Shown here in pieces: positions 62,034 to 64,000 of a stretch of 64,000 nucleotides of DNA. The DNA comes from Salpingoeca rosetta (taxonomy: Eukaryota > Protista > Choanoflagellata). The stretch covers positions 2,047,665-2,111,664 of the forward strand of contig JAWQFM010000005.1 in the NCBI GenBank assembly GCA_033442325.1, read 5' to 3'. The stretch's first letter is position 1, and every line of letters begins with the position of its first letter. The notes under the pieces are model-generated. The model was not told the DNA's origin. It saw nothing but the letters and a program-made list of their open reading frames with translations, and made no database searches. The translations under genes and the position numbers were made by a program.

Positions 62034-62307
62034 ACACGATACAGTGGCAGTTAAGTCCGCAGCAGTGTGTGTGTGTGGAGACTCACTGTTGCGTGCGCTG
62101 CATTGGCTGGATGAGGCGATCCGGCCCAATTGCTCATCCTGACACGACGGTGAAGGTGAGGAGGAAGGTGACAAGACGAAGGTCTACTCGGGCTAGTAAT
62201 GCCGCGCAAGCGCGTTCACAAGCCGCGGATGACCGCCAACGCGTGTACTGGTGATGCATGCCTGGCTCAGCAGCTGTCGGGAGTTGTCACACACACACAA
62301 GGAAGAA

Positions 62308-62424
62308 GCAAGAGCAGCGCTTGCATGAGGTGGAAGCAAGACCAGCGCTCGCATGAGGTGGGAGCAAGAGCAGCGCTCGCATGAGGTGGAAGCAGCAGCA
62401 GCGCTCGCATGAGGTGAGAGCAAG
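62308..62424. repeat. 28-bp minisatellite, 4+ copies (GCAAGAGCAGCGCTCGCATGAGGTGGAA)
   Basis: Units start at 62308, 62336, 62364 and 62392 with few substitutions. Confidence 0.9.
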
Positions 62425-63267
62425 CCCTTTCAACACAAAGGTAGCAAACGCAGTGAGTGAAGACAGTACAGCGACGCAGTACACGTGCAGCAGTGGAATC
62501 AGCCTCACGTACCCGTTTGCATGCAAGACAGAATAAAGGGTGCGACTGGAATCGATGGCAAGCCCTGAAACAAAACCCGCGGAAAGGAAAGAGATTGTGT
62601 GTGTGTGTGTGTGTATGAGGGGGGGGGGGGGTGAGCAGTGGCTGTAACCACAAAAGTGCAGCAGGCAGGGGGAACCCCCAAAAAGGTAGGGACAGAACGG
62701 CAGAGACACAAAAGGCAAACAAGACAGGGGAGCCACTTACCCACCCGACAAAGCCACCCGGCCCGCAACAAAAGCCCAGCGACAACACACACAACACGAC
62801 AACCGTAGCATTAAAAAAAGTTGATGGGGCGATGGCTCTTTGGGCCCCGGGGGGGTNNNNNNNNNNNNNNNNNNNNNNNNNNNNNNNNNNNNNNNNNNNN
62901 NNNNNNNNNNNNNNNNNNNNNNNNNNNNNNNNNNNNNNNNNNNNNNNNNNNNNNNNGCAGTGGCAGCAGCAGCATCTTGTGAGCGCCGCCCCAGTGGCGA
63001 TGCGCAAGCGACAAAGGTGATGGCACACGTACTCATTTTCTTGTCGATCACACATCTTTGCATGTCCAGTTGTAGGTATTCCATGTGCTCCCAGGCGTCG
63101 ACACACACACACACACACACACGCACGCACGCACGCACGCACGCACACACACACATGTGCCTTGACGCTGCATCAGCGTTAGCTGCATACAACCCACAGA
63201 GCATCGACACCTGCCATCTGATGTGTCATTCGCGCCTCACCTGCCACCGTTTTGGTCTCTTCCTCAG

Positions 63268-63826
63268 GTGCCATCCTCAGCGGATTCCATGAGTGAAGAC
63301 ACCATGCCAGCCCCACCGCAGCTGACGGCAACAGAGGTACGCTTGTTGGCTCTGCCTTGCCAATGCACCTTTGTACTGCATGGCATCTCATATGGGCTGA
63401 CACATTGTTTCAATCGTTTCTCTTTTCTCCTGACGCCTCGTCTTCCCGGCTTGAACGGTGCAGGTCATGGTGCTCCAAAGAGCCGCCATGATTTTGCGGA
63501 AGAAGTACAATGCTGCTCGCAAAGGACTTGACGTTGAGACATCTCTTCGTGATTTCGATTCTGACGCGCTGGAGTGCTTGCGACAACAAGTCATACATAT
63601 CGCCGTCTTATTCCCAGACCTTGACATTGTAGTGGACGCGCTGAATCCGTTCACGACTGGTGCACATGCGATATTGTCAGCGTGGGACGCTGTGGAGCTG
63701 CAATTGTCCAAATGCACACCTCCCAAGCTGGACACATCTGCGCTCAACAAGCGGCTGAGTAAGTGCATGTTTGAGTTGATGTCCTGCGACGGCTGTTTGC
63801 GACGTGCTTCTCATGCCTTACCATGA
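63268..63826 (+). CDS. Exons of an uncharacterised gene (partial)
   Basis: AG/GT-bounded exon 63268-63336 is in phase with an exon starting at 63464 (VMVLQRAAMILRKKY...). No recognisable motif. Confidence 0.35.
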
Positions 63827-64000
63827 CTCACACCCAACGAATTGGCTCCACCACATACACGCGTGCATGTACATGCGCGCGCACACTCCCATGCAGACCT
63901 TGTGCGGACCGTGGCACCAAGCACAGCTTCAAAGAAAAGGCTGAACAAGCAGGGGAGAGAGGGGGGTGTGGAGAGCTCCTTCCCTTACTTTATCTCCGTC

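Noticed and set aside
62308-62424. CRISPR-like array
   Set aside because: Repeats are contiguous with no unique spacers, in a eukaryotic context with no cas genes.

Overview
Eukaryotic, intron-rich draft assembly with abundant (CA)n/(GT)n and (CAA)n microsatellites and several N gaps. The gene content and style suggest a unicellular holozoan such as a choanoflagellate (inference). From left to right: last exon of a GH130-family glycosidase (+); a ~6000-aa AT-less modular type I polyketide synthase (-) in one ~17.8-kb exon, ending in a Nup98/Nup116-type (peptidase S59-like) domain instead of a thioesterase; a divergent TauD/clavaminate-synthase-like dioxygenase (+); TSG101 (-) head-to-head with calpain-7 (+); a DUF72 gene (-); a UBR5-like HECT ligase (-); an RWDD3-like gene (+); an SPX-RING-TM gene (+); mannose-6-phosphate isomerase (-); a 5'-truncated CRE-like non-LTR retrotransposon (-); and a partial unknown gene. 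The main unexplained structure is a pair of internally unrelated ~50% GC foreign inserts (about 270 bp in a calpain-7 intron and about 490 bp in the UBR5 coding exon). Both sit in the same context, CACT-AT-[insert]-AT-C (empty site CACTATC). Precise removal of the larger one rejoins two long ORFs into an in-frame UBR5.
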